Shown here one piece after another: positions 1 through 11,850 of a stretch of DNA of 64,000 bases. The translations under genes were made by a program, and so were the position numbers. Positions within the stretch are counted from its first letter, which is position 1, and each line of letters begins with the position of its first letter. The notes under the pieces are model-generated. The model ran no database searches and had not been told where the DNA came from. It saw nothing but the letters and a program-made list of their open reading frames with translations. The stretch comes from Camelus dromedarius (Eukaryota), in assembly GCF_036321535.1 (NCBI RefSeq), contig NC_087438.1, positions 372,001-436,000 of the forward strand, in the 5' to 3' direction.

Positions 1-2460
1 TGACTACATGGTGGAAAACCTGAAAATGGAAATTCCAGATGCAGACAGTTTCGTTGGTGGTTTTATGAATATTTAAAGAAGAAATATGATCAGATCTACA
101 CACTCTCTTCCAGGAGACAGAAGAGGAAAAACTTCCCATCTGATTTCAGAGGCCAGCATCACCTTGGTGGCAAAACCAGGTAAGTGACAGCACAAGAATA
201 AAACTTCATAGAAATATACCTCATAAACCTAGATGCAAAAACACTCAATAGTATATGAGCAAATTGAACTAAACCCATGTAACAATGATGATGTGTTGTG
301 ACCAGGCGGGGTGTAAGGCTGGCGAAACATTTGAAATTCAACCAGTTCAATCCACCACATTAACAGAGGAAGAAGAAAAACTATGTGATCATTTCAAATG
401 ATGCATAAAAAAAAAAGACAAAATCCAAGACCTGTTCATGACAAGAACCCTCAGCAAACTAGGAACAGAAGGGCGCTTCCTTACCCTGATAGAGGGCATC
501 TATTTAAACATGTACATCTAACGTCTTCCTCAATGGCAAACACTCAACACTTTCCAAGATCTGGATAGAGGAGATGTTCGCTCTCACCACTCATTTTAAC
601 GGCATACTGGAAGTCCTGGTGCAACAAAGCTAGATGAAGGCATAGCACGCAGATTGGAAAGGAAGGAATAAAGCCACCTCTGTTTGTAGATGGTATAGTT
701 GTTAATGTGAAAAATCAATTGACAAAACAAAACAAAACACCTAGAGTTAACAAGTGAGTTAGACAAGGTCACAGAACACAAGCTCAACACAGGAAAATCA
801 ACTGCAGTTTTAAATCCTAACAACAAACATGTGGAGACCAAAATTTACAACGCGGTGCCATCGACAGTAGCTCCAAAGAAAAGAAAATACGTATACACTT
901 AACAAAACATGAACAGGGTCTATAGGCTAAAAATTACAATACGCTGATGAAAGAAATCAAAGAAGATATAACGTGTTCACGGATTGGGAGACTCAACATA
1001 GTAAAAAAGTCAGTTCTCCCGAAATTGATCTATAGGTTTAATGCAATTCCAATTCAAAAATTTCAGCAAGATTTTTCTAGATAAAGAGAAGCATGTTCTG
1101 AAATTTATATGGAAGGGCAAAGGATGAGATTAGCCAGATCAGTTTTGAAAAGGAGCAAGGTTGGAGGACTGATGTTACCTGATTTAAGAATGACTGTAAA
1201 GGTACTATGACAAAGACAGTGTGGTACTGGCAAAAGATAGACACAAATCAATGGGAAAAAAAGGGGAGAAACAGAGAGAAACAGACCCACACAAATATGG
1301 CCAATTGATTTTTATCGTGGATGCAAAGGCAATTCAGTGGAGAAAGGATTATCTTTTAAACAAATGATGTTGAAACAGCTGGACATCCACACACACAAAA
1401 AATGATCTACATTGGTCTATAAAAATTAAATCAAAATAGATAATTAATAAATACAAAGTATAAAACTTTTAGAAGAAAACATAGGAGAAAATGTTTTTGA
1501 CTTTGGGTTAGAAATGAATTCATAGGTGTAACACCAAAAGCACAAATCATAAAAGAAAAAAATGGATAAATTAGACATCACGAAAATCAAAACCTTTGAT
1601 TGAGAGACTGAAAATCAAGTTACAGACTAAGAGAATATGTTCGTGAGTCCCTTATTTGACAAAGAACTTGTGTCTAGAATGTATAAAGAGATTTCAAACA
1701 AACAACCCAATACGTAAAGAGAGACAGACAATTTGAACAGACAGTTCACTGAAGGAGTGCAGACGACAAAGGAGCTCATACAGGGCATTCAGTACCGTTA
1801 GTGTCGAGGGAGATGCAAGCTGAACCACAAAGTGACACTCCTCTGTACTTACCAGAACAGCACGGAAGGAGAAAGAGGAGAAAGGAAGGAAAGGAAAACA
1901 CGTACATGATCAGATGCTGGTGAGGATGCAGAGCAACGGGACTCCCCTCTGTTGCTGGCGGGAGAGTGAGTGATACAGCGGCTCTGGATCACTCGTAAAG
2001 CTCAGCGTCCATTTACCGTGTGATTCAGCAGTCCATCCCTAGACATTCGCCTTGGGAAACGACAGCTTGTTTCACAGAAGAATCTATCCCTGACTATTTA
2101 TAGTAGATTTATCCACAATCACCAAGAACTAGAAACAACTTAATATCTCTCAACAGGTAAATGGACAAAGCTGTACATCCACACGGTGGAATACCACTCA
2201 GTAATAACACGGAACAAAGTATTGATACATACAACAACTTGGATGACTCCAAAGACATCCTGCTGAGCGAAAGATGCCAGCCTCAGTGGTAAATGTATGG
2301 GACATTCTGCAAAAGACAAAACTTTAGAGATGGAGAAACAAACGTGTGTCTTCCAGGAGTTCGATGTGAAGGAGGGGTAAGACTTCAAAAAAAAAGGGAA
2401 GCCCAGACAAGTGTTTGGGGTGATGGAGCTTTTTCATCTCTTCATCAAGGTGCCATGATA
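1..2460 (+). mobile_element. Old LINE-1 fragment (ORF2 RT region through 3'UTR), degenerate
   Basis: Decayed L1 ORF2 motifs (gaggccagcatcaccttggtggcaaaacc, ctagatgcaaaaacactcaat, gactcaacatagtaaaa, gacagtgtggtactggcaaaagatagacac) on an A-rich + strand with many stops; L1M-type 3'UTR at ~1900-2450. Boundaries approximate. Confidence 0.85.
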
Positions 2461-2789
2461 AAAAAAAAGTAACGTTTACAATGTGCGGGTAAGGTAATTA
2501 ACTAAATTAAACTGAGAAGGCAGCAGTATATGTCTCAAGAGTTTAAGAAATACTGTTGATGTCAGCACGCACTGCTGACACTGCACTTCCAAATCCTCAC
2601 TCTGGGTCTGCTTTCAATTTATTGGTCTAAGTTCTCGGTTCAGAGTTTGGACTACAAGTTCTGTGCTTAGAATCTTGAATCCAAAACTAGATTCCAAATT
2701 CTAATCTTAATTCTGATTGCGATCACCAGCCTAATATTGGTGCCTGCCTGGCCCTATTGGTGGTCCGAGCAGAGGCCAGCGAACCCACC

Positions 2790-2915
2790 GCTCACCGTGG
2801 CATCAGGCCCACCAGCTGCTTCTATGAGACCCCAGTAAGAATGGTTTTCATATTTAAAGGGTTACGTAAGAACCTGCCTCTGGCTCAGGGAGCCTAGGAG
2901 AGTTACCAGCCATCC
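2790..2915. mobile_element. MER58-family (hAT-Charlie) DNA transposon remnant
   Basis: taagaatggttttcatatttaaagggtt resembles the internal segment of MER58C/D as recalled; degenerate. Confidence 0.45.
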
Positions 2916-3996
2916 CTGTGGGAGAGAGGCTGCTGACTGCCGCTGCTGCGGCCCTCGGGATGGGCTCCCGACACAAATGGCCCCCCCGGAGTCCTGTGGG
3001 CACAGTGCCACTGTTGCCCTTCCAGTCACATGTGAGGTCAGTCTGGCTGGGTTTAGGGCCCCGGCCTATACTCTCTTTCCTTGATCATCTTAAATGTGTC
3101 ACCTCGTTATCTTCTGGCGAGACGAGGACTCTGATTTTCTTTCCTTTACCAGCGACTCGGTCTTTTTGTCTTGATCACCGAATAAATCCTCTTCTTCTGC
3201 AACGTTCACCAGCTTTGCTAATGAAAGCCTCCGTGCTGGTCACTCTGGGCTGTTTTCCCAGAACCCGATGAACTCTTCCAAAACATGTTTTCGGGTGACT
3301 GTTCCTCTTCCAGGAAGCTTTCCAGGATCACTTTTTGTCCTCAGAGATGTGTGTCTACGCCCTTTGTCCATCTTCTCTGTCGCCTCGGCTAGAATCCTTG
3401 CCTCCCCCTCCTGCAACTTTTAAAGAATATTCTGCATTTCTTTTGTTTCTCTTCAGGCAATATCCACTGTGATTTTTAATAGCTGTGTTGCTTCTTGCTT
3501 AATCTTCTTTAAATTTTAAAAATATTTTAAATTCTTTCCTGAGTTTAGTCATCTGTCTTTTCAAATATTCACTTCCTCCAATCACTTCTAAGATTTTCGG
3601 TCTCTAGATTGTGCTGTTCTTTCAGTTTCTATCATTTTGTTTCTTTTTAGCTCCCTTTGAATATTATGGTATGGCTTTCATCTGTTTTCTAGTATTTCCT
3701 TCTCACATGTTAACTGAATTCAATGACACACAGCCTTTAGCGTGGGTTAGAAATTATCCCATAAACCAGTTCCACATTCACTTCCGCAATTAGAAAATAG
3801 AAAATGAACCACTTAAATGAATCCATGAATATTCACCAAAAATAATAAATCAACTTATGAATGTGTAAACAACAAAATTGAGAACTACTAAAAACTGAAA
3901 GCTGTTTATGTATTTCCATTATTTGTTTATTCTGCTCCTTTGAATTTCTGCTCCAAATCTTTAATTATTTATTCTTCCAATACCTATGCTATTTCC

Positions 3997-4460
3997 TTTT
4001 TTTTTTAAATTGAGTTATAGTCGATTTACAATGTTGTGTTAATTTCTGGTGTACAGCATGGTGATTCCATTACACACATACACATACATACTTCTTTTCA
4101 TATTCTTTTTCATTATAGGTTATTACAAGGTATTGAATATTGTTCCCTGTGCTGTACATTGGACCTTGTTGTTTATCCATTTTATATACAATAGTGTGTA
4201 TCTGCTAATCCCAAACTCCCTATTTATCCCTTCCCCTTTTTTCTCCCCAGTAGCCATAAGTTTTTTCTATGTCTGTGATTCTGTCTCTGTTTTGTAAATA
4301 ACTTCATTTGTGTCCTTTTTTAGATTCCACATATAAAAAGTGTCATATGATGCTTTTCCTTCTCTGTTTGGCTTACTTTGCTTAGAACGATGATCTCCAG
4401 GCCCATCCATGTCGCTGCAAAGGGTCTTATTTTGTTCTTTATTTATGGCTGAGTAGCTTA
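3997..4460 (-). mobile_element. 5'-truncated L1 3' end (artiodactyl-type) with probable target-site duplication
   Basis: T-run at 3997-4006 followed by the antisense L1 3'UTR (aattg...gtgttaatttctggtgtacagc...gattccacatataa); CTATTTCC is repeated at 3989-3996 and 4464-4471. Confidence 0.85.
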
Positions 4461-6109
4461 TGACTATTTCCATTCAAGTGCATTAAACTAACTATTTAGT
4501 TTAATGAATGGTTAAATATTAAATCACTTAAATATCTGATATGACACTTATTTTAAAAAAACTACGTGAAATACACTTTTGTGTAAACCTGCCGTTTGGT
4601 TTTGAATCCTGCAGTTCTGGACAAAAATAGAGAAAGACCAAACGCCCCCGAAGGTTAAGCGGGGAAGTGGGTTTACGGGGTCAGCAGAAAAGTGATTCCA
4701 GACAAGAAGTAAGTGGCCGAAAGGGGAGCAAACACTCATTTGGCTTTTGGCTTCAGAGGTGCTGGTGCTGGGGGTGCGGGCCGGCCCGGGAGTGGCCGCC
4801 AGCCAGCTCCTCCTCTGCAGCTGCTTCCCTGGTGTGACTGCCACCCTCAGCCCGCGGCTCTTTGCTCAGACAGGCGCCCCCAGTGGAAGCAGTGAGAGCC
4901 GCAGCCTCCCTGCAGGTGCCTCCTGCCCACTCGCCTGTCTCCTTAGCACTTTTAGTCCTTTGGCATCTTTCTCTTCCAGGCAAGTCATGCTGTGCCCCAA
5001 CCTCAGAGTTCCAGGAAGACGGCACATCACAAGTTACAAGCCCACCACCACGATGAGGATTCAGGTGTGTGTCGTGGGATACGGCCGGTCCCCACCCGAG
5101 GCTAGGCGTCGCCGCCCCTGGGGACCTCAACGGTCCCGGGAGGAAAGGGTGTTGGAGTTGCAAACAGGTGAGTCAGCCTCACTGTTTACTATCTGAAAAA
5201 TCAGTTGGGTCCAAAGTAAAAATATTTATTTAATGAGCAAAAATATGTGGCTAATTGGTTTTTGAAAGGATATTGCTTCCTGTTCCTTGAGACTGAAAAG
5301 AAACCTTTGAAGAAAATCATTCACAGGGGTTGAGCTCTGAAAAAGGTCATTCGAGGTTAAATCAGTACAGAAAACAGCTCATATAACCCACAGGAGACAA
5401 CCTGGTCTTTCCCTTGGGAAAAGTTTCCTCCTGGGGGAGGTGGACACCTTGAGTAACATGGTTCCAGTGTGGAGCCCCCACCAGAACGCGGGCCTTTGGG
5501 CCCCACTGCGGCAGGCTGCTGATGGCAGGGCCTCCCCTCCAGGCCAGCATCCCAGGGTCTTTTTGGGAGCGGTCTCCCTCAGTGGTGAGGAGCTGAGGTG
5601 AGGAGTCAGGTCTGGGTGTGGACACTGGGAAGCTGGTGCTCCCTTCCAGCCCCAGATCCCTGCCTGGTAAAACGGGCGTGAACGAGGGTCACCCTCTCCC
5701 CAGCGGGATCCTCATGGCCATTGGTCTAGAAAACACCTTTGTGGCTGACGAGGCCAGATCTCTACCTGCCCCTCGGTTCCTCTCGAGATGCCTGGGGTGA
5801 GAGGTGGCCGACAGCAGAGTGGGAACAGGGCCTGGCTGGGCCTCCCTGTCCCACCAGGCGCCCAGAGATGTGAGGGACACAGGACTATCCATGGAGCCTC
5901 TTCCCAGCTCTCACGTGCTGGTTCACTGTGACCACGTGTACCTGGGATGTCCTGCAGAGCAGGGGTCCCCCAGATAAAAGCAGCTGGCATCCTTGGGACT
6001 TGGTGAGCATGTGACCCCTGTGAGCCCCAGTCTTCTGTACATAAGAGGACAGACCGAGGTGACTGCTGAGGTAGCCCTGTGTTTTGATATGCGACTGAAT
6101 TTGGAATGT

Positions 6110-6500
6110 GTGTGTAGGTTTTCTGGGGCGGCCATAACTAGTCTCTACAGACTGGGGGGCCAGAGTTTGGCATCAAGGTGTTGCAGGGGCTAGGAGAGGG
6201 TCCTTCCTGCCTTTTCCAGCTGCTGGTGGCTCCAGACATCCCTGGGCTTGTGGCCACATCACCCCAACCTTTGCCTCTGTCATCCTGTGAGGTCCTGAGT
6301 GTGTGTCTCTCCCCGAGTCTTCCTTTCTGTCTAAGGACACAGGATTGCGTTTAGGGCCCACCCAGAAAATCCAGGATGCACTCCTCTCCACATCCTTAGG
6401 TTAAGCTCATCTTTTGCTGTATAAGGTAACATTCGTAGGGTCCAAGGATTTTGCATGGATTCTTTGGAGGAAAAGGGGCATTTTTCAGTTTCACAAAAGT
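6110..6500 (-). mobile_element. MLT1 (ERVL-MaLR) solo LTR
   Basis: Antisense MLT1 motifs: ccttcctgccttttccagctgctggtggctcc, aaggacacaggattgcgtttagggcccaccc, ataaggtaacattc. Confidence 0.75.
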
Positions 6501-7759
6501 TTTCCCGAAACAACGTTTCAAGCACACGCTGTGCTATAAACTGTAAGTTTCTTGAAGGCAAACATCTCCTTCCACTTTTGTTTTTCTGATAGCACCTAGG
6601 TTCAGTCCGCACTCAGGTTCAGTCAGTAGTCAGTGACCATTTCAGCAGTTGATAGTTACAGATGACAGAGGCAAGAGGGATGGCTATCAGAACTCTCACT
6701 CACTTTGTAGTTGGGAAACCAGTTAATTAAGTTCAGGTTCTGTTTGTACTTCACCCTGATCTGCTCTGTCATCTACACCAACTGCCTGGACCCGGCCAGG
6801 CTGGACCCACACTTGGAAAGTATAGGAAAATTCCAAGACATCCCAGGCTGCCACTGCCTGGGAGGACCCCTCCAGACTGACCCTGTGGTTTGGGGCTCGA
6901 GGATGATGGTCTGGAAGCCTCTGCGGAATGCTCTAGAAAGCTGTGGAGGGCTTGAGACTGGGCTGCCTGGCCAGAAGTGACAAGCAGCAGGAGGCAGCAG
7001 CCATGTTTGGTGTGGGCTGGGCCTTGGCCGACTTCTCTGGGGGGCAGTGACACAAACCTTTTGTTTACCTCTGTTTACTTCTAAAAGCCAGGATATTTGC
7101 TCACTGTTCCTAGCCTCCTGGTTGCAACAGCTCCACTCAGGGGACACCTGGTTGGTGACTGCATTCCCAACTTCAGGTGTGCCAGAGTCCCTCCACAGTC
7201 CTGTACGAAGCAGAACCCTGGGCAGCATCTGGATGGAAATTTGTTCAGTTACACAGCAATCTTAACTCAAAGTGCTATCGGGTGTTTGCGGGTCTCAACA
7301 AGCCACTCGGCACAGGACCCCTTGAGCCTGGCACATCAGTCCTGAGGCTCTGCCCTGCTCATGGGGGGGTTCTGTGCCCTGATGCACCACCTGCATACAC
7401 CCCCATACCCCTCCCCTACACCCCTGTCTACCCCCCGTGCTGACATCCTGTCTACACCTCCCCTTCTCCTCTGTGCCCACAGCCCCATCGCCACCCCTCT
7501 GTGTCACCACCCAGAATGTGACACGCTGGAGGATGTTACCAGCAAGCCAGTCAAATGTGGGGTGAGGTGGTAGGGGCACCCCAGACACCAGGAGGCCTGG
7601 GAGGGAGGGAGCACCGTAGGGCTTGGGCTGCCTGGGGCTGATTTGGGCCTGGAATGGAGGTCTTCCCTAAAGGCCTAGTGGGACGACGGACACTCTGTGA
7701 ACCCCTTGCTCAGCTGGTGAGTCTCAACTTCAGACTCCAGATTTCATCGCCTGGAAATT

Positions 7760-8400
7760 GAGGAAGGGGACAGAGCAGGACCTGCAGCCGCCCAGTGACC
7801 GCGGCGGGAGAGCACCGAGACCGCATGTAGAGGGGGCCATGGGCAGAACCTGGGGCACCTGGAACGCAGGACACCGGCAAATCTGGAGGTGGGCAGGTTG
7901 GGGAGGTCCCCAGGTGGGGCGGGGTCTCCAAGTGGGGCGGGTCCCCAGGAACGACGGGTCCCCAGGAAAGCCGTTGGGCGCGCTCCGACTTTGCATAACC
8001 CCTCCTTCCGGAGACCTCACCACTTTCCTGCACCCGACTGCTGTCCTTGGCCCCGCCCCTCAAGCCCGCCCCCGCCCCGAATCTCTGACCACGCCCCCCG
8101 CCGCCCCGCGGCCCCTGGCGGCCCTAGTGCGCAGGCGCGGGCAGGTGCGCGCCGTTTGAAAGCATGGCGCCGGCGGGGCGGCTGGTGCTGAGCGAGGAGA
8201 AGATCCGGGAGAAGAGCGGCCTGCCGCCTCACTGCGACCTGGGTGCGTGCCGGGCGGCGGGCGGACTGCGCCGACTGAGGCGCGAGGTTCCCGCCGCGGT
8301 GCTGGCGGACCCGTCAGGCCAGAGGTGCCGAAGCACAAACTCGCGATTCCCGAACAGCCGCAGGCCTGGGGTTGGGGGCGGGGAGGGGAGCCCGAAGTGA
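7760..8400 (+). promoter_or_regulatory. CEP72: CEP72 CpG-island promoter (GC boxes, NRF1-like site, CDE/CHR)
   Basis: Dense CpG; GC boxes at 7916-7924, 8051-8059 and 8064-8078; TGCGCAGGCGCG at 8128-8139; TTTGAA at 8155-8160 just before the ATG at 8164. Confidence 0.85.
8164..8242 (+). CDS. CEP72: CEP72 coding exon 1 (MAPAGRLVLSEEKIREKSGLPPHCDL), phase-1 donor
   Basis: agcATGG Kozak context; resembles the human CEP72 N-terminus (RLVLSEE..KSGL.PH.DL); donor G|GTGCGT. Confidence 0.95.
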
Positions 8401-8889
8401 GGGTGGGGGTCCGGCAGGGAGGGAGGGTGGGGTGGGTGGGGGTAGGCTGGGAGGGGAGGGGTCGGAGAGTGAGGGGGCAGGCCTGGGGGCGGGGAGGGGA
8501 GCCCGAAGTGGGGGTCGGGGCCGTGCAGGGAGACGGGGTGGAGGTAGGCGGGGAGGGGAGGGGAGGGGGGCGGAAGTGGGGAAGAGGTGGAGGGGGCTGG
8601 GGGTTCTGCGCTGAGCCGGAGAAAGATGCGGACCCAGCCCACCCTCGCAGACTGTCTGCAGGGAGCTCCTTACAGGCCTGGTTTGCTTCGCGGTTTTGGC
8701 AACGCTTTTTGCATTAGTTGGTAAGACCTAGCGGGTTTTCTTACACCTGTTAATAAGGTGAATGAGATTGGTTCTCAAAAAGCTTGAACCGCCTTCCTTC
8801 TTGGAGTGAGGAGCCCGCCCTCCTGTCCTAGGCCTCCTCCAGAGTACTCCCAGACTCTGCCCCTCCTGTGCTGAGGATCTTTGTACCTA

Positions 8890-11850
8890 TGTTCGTGGGG
8901 GAATGTTGGTTGCTAGTTTTGTTTTTCCTGTTTTTGTTTGACTTTGGCGTCAAGGTAATGCTGAGCTTATGAAGTAGTTGGTCGTTGCCTCCTCTTCTGT
9001 TTTCTAGCAGATGTTGTGTAAATTGGTGTTCATTTTTCTTTGAGGGAATTTTCCATAGAAACCTTATGGGCCTGGAAATTCCTGTATTTGAAGCTTTTGA
9101 GTCACAAATTCAGTTTCTCTACTTGTTACAGAACTATTCCTATTATCATCTTCATCTTAGGTGGCTTATAGTTGTCTGGGATTTTGTGAAACTGACTCAT
9201 CTTGTTGAATTTATGTGTATAGAGTTTGCGGTATTTTCTTATTAGCTTATAATGTTTGTGTGGACTTCTTCCATCCCTGATACTGGTCATTTTTGTCTTC
9301 TCTTCGTTGGCCTTTCTAGAGGTTTATGAATTTTATTAATCTTTTCAATGAGCCAGCTTTTGGTTGGATGGGTTTTTCTCCATTGGTTTACTGGTTTCAG
9401 ATTTCATTGATTCTGTATTATCCTGTATTTTGTATTATGTTCTTCTTTCTGCTGCTTTGCGTTTGTTTTGCTCTTCTTTTTCTTGATTATTGAGATGAAA
9501 ATTTAGATTACTGATTTGAGGACTTTTTCATATAATATAAACATTTAGTGCTATAAATTTCCCTCTAAGCACAACTTTAGCTGCATCCACAAGTTTTGTT
9601 ATGTTGTGTTTTCATTTCCATTCAGTCTAATGTGTTTTTTTTTAAATTGTAGTCAATTACAGTGTGTCAGTTTCTGGTGTACCCCATAATCAGTATGTTT
9701 TGGATTTCCTGTGACTTCCTCTTTGACCTATGGATTGTTCAGAAGTGTGTTTTTTCATTTTCATGTGTTTGGAGTTTTTCTTAGTTTGTTTTTCTTCTTG
9801 ATTGATTCTGGTGTGATTCCACTATGTTCAGGGAACTTACTCTGTATGATTAAGTTGCTTTAAATTTGTTGAGGTTTGTTTTATGGCCTAAGATCTGGTC
9901 TATGTTGGTGAGTGTTCCCAGTGCACTTGGAAGGAATATGTACTCTCTTATTGACTGGAGTGTTATGTAAATGTCAGTTTGGTCCTGTTGATTTATGATA
10001 CTCAGTTCTTTCATAGGTTGCTGATTTTCTGTCTGGTGATTCTGTTAATTACCAGGAGAAGGGTGTTGAAACCCCTAACTGTAATTGTGGATTTGTCTGT
10101 TTCTCTTTTCACTTCATCTGGTTTGAAGCTGCGCTGTTTGGTGCATCCACGCTTAGGATTCTATGTCTTCTTGTTGGAGTGACCCTTGTAGCATATGTAG
10201 TGTTCCTCCTTCTCCCTGGTAATTGTGGTGAGACATCTGCTTTATCTGATATTAGTGTAGCCACCCCAGTGTTCTTTTGTTTGGTGTTTGCAGGGCGTAT
10301 CTTTATCCATCTGTTTACAATTTCATCTTTAACCCTACCTATATCATAATATTTGAAATGAGTTTCTTGTAGACAGAGTATACTGTAGATCATTTTTATC
10401 CACTCTGTCAGTTTCTGTCTTTTATAATGTATTTAGGCCATTTACATTTAATGTAAATATTAATGTAGCAGAGTGTAAGCATGCCATTTATTATTCTGGT
10501 TTTCCCTTTGTTTTTTCTTTGTTTCCCATTTCTCCTGTGGTATTTTTTAATATTCCATTTTGATTTATATATTATATTTCTGAGTATAGCTATTTGTATA
10601 ACTTTTTTAGTGGTTGCTTTACAAATTAGAGTATGTTTATGTGATTTAACACAGTCTACTTGTGTGGACAGTGTACCGCATAGGTGAATGTAGAAATTTT
10701 ACCACAATTTAGATTTCATTATTCTCCTACTTTATAATTTAGTTGTCTAGACATTTCCTTTGCGTACTCAAGAACCACAGTAATGATACAACTTTTTTTT
10801 TTTACAGTCACCTGACATTTTAAATAGCTTGGGAGGAAACACCCACATGTTTGCTTGTTTCATTATTCTTTCTGCATTTCTGATGTTCCAGGTTTCCTTT
10901 TTTTTAATCTTTCTTTAATGTTTGAAGATCTTTCTTTAGCAATTATCTTAGGGCAGGTGTGTTGGTGACAGATTCTCTTAGTGTTTCCTCTTTGAGAATA
11001 TCTTTATTTTACCTTCTGTCCTGAAGGCTGCTTTTGGTGGATATAGATTCCTGGGTTGAAAGTTCTTTTCTTTCAGCACTTGAAAGGTGTGACAGTACTT
11101 CCTTCAGGCTTCCATGGAATTGCTTTCCCTCTGGGTAACACCTTTCTCTCTGGTTGCTCTCAAGATTTTTTCACTGTCTTTAATGTTTAGAAGTTTGATT
11201 CTGATGTGTCAGTTTTTACCTTTATTCTGTTTGGGGTTTTCTCATCTTCTTGAATGTGTAGTTTTCTGTGTTTTGCCTAATTTTGGAAGGTTTTGGCCAT
11301 GATTTAATTAAAAATTTTTAAATTTTAGCCATACTATCATTCTCTTCTTGTTGAAACTCTAATTGGAACTCCCCTGGGACCTCAAAGACATGAATGTTAG
11401 ATTGCTTTTCCTTCCTGCACGGGCCCCTGAGGCTCTGTGTATAAAGGCTGTTTTCTCTCTGCGGGTCCGATAGGACAACTGTGTTTATCTTTGCATTTAT
11501 TCTTTGAGTTTTTTACTTTGTCTTTTCCATTCTGTTATTGAACTGCTCCTGTGGTGTTTTCTTTGTTGGTTTCAGTTATTGTATTTTTCATTTCTGAAAT
11601 TTCTATTTATTTCTTCTTTAGGTTCAATTTTTTTGCCAAGAATTCTTATTTTCTCGTTTGTTTCAAGAGCATTCATAATTGCTCACTGACGTATTTTTCT
11701 ATCAGTGGCTTTAAAATTCTTGGTGGACAGTTCTGATTTCTGTCATCTCAGTGTTGGTGTCTGTTGATTATTTTCTCTCATTCAAACTGAGATTTTCCTA
11801 TTCTGGGTCATTTTTGATTAGTCATTTTGATTGGGACTCTGCCTTCTGTT
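8890..11850 (-). mobile_element. Degenerate LINE-1 tract (ORF2/ORF1 region) in CEP72 intron 1
   Basis: T-rich + strand with antisense L1 motifs (gctataaatttccctctaagcac, gttgaaacccctaactgtaattgtggatttgtct, gggcaggtgtgttggtgacagattctctt); no intact ORF. Confidence 0.8.
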
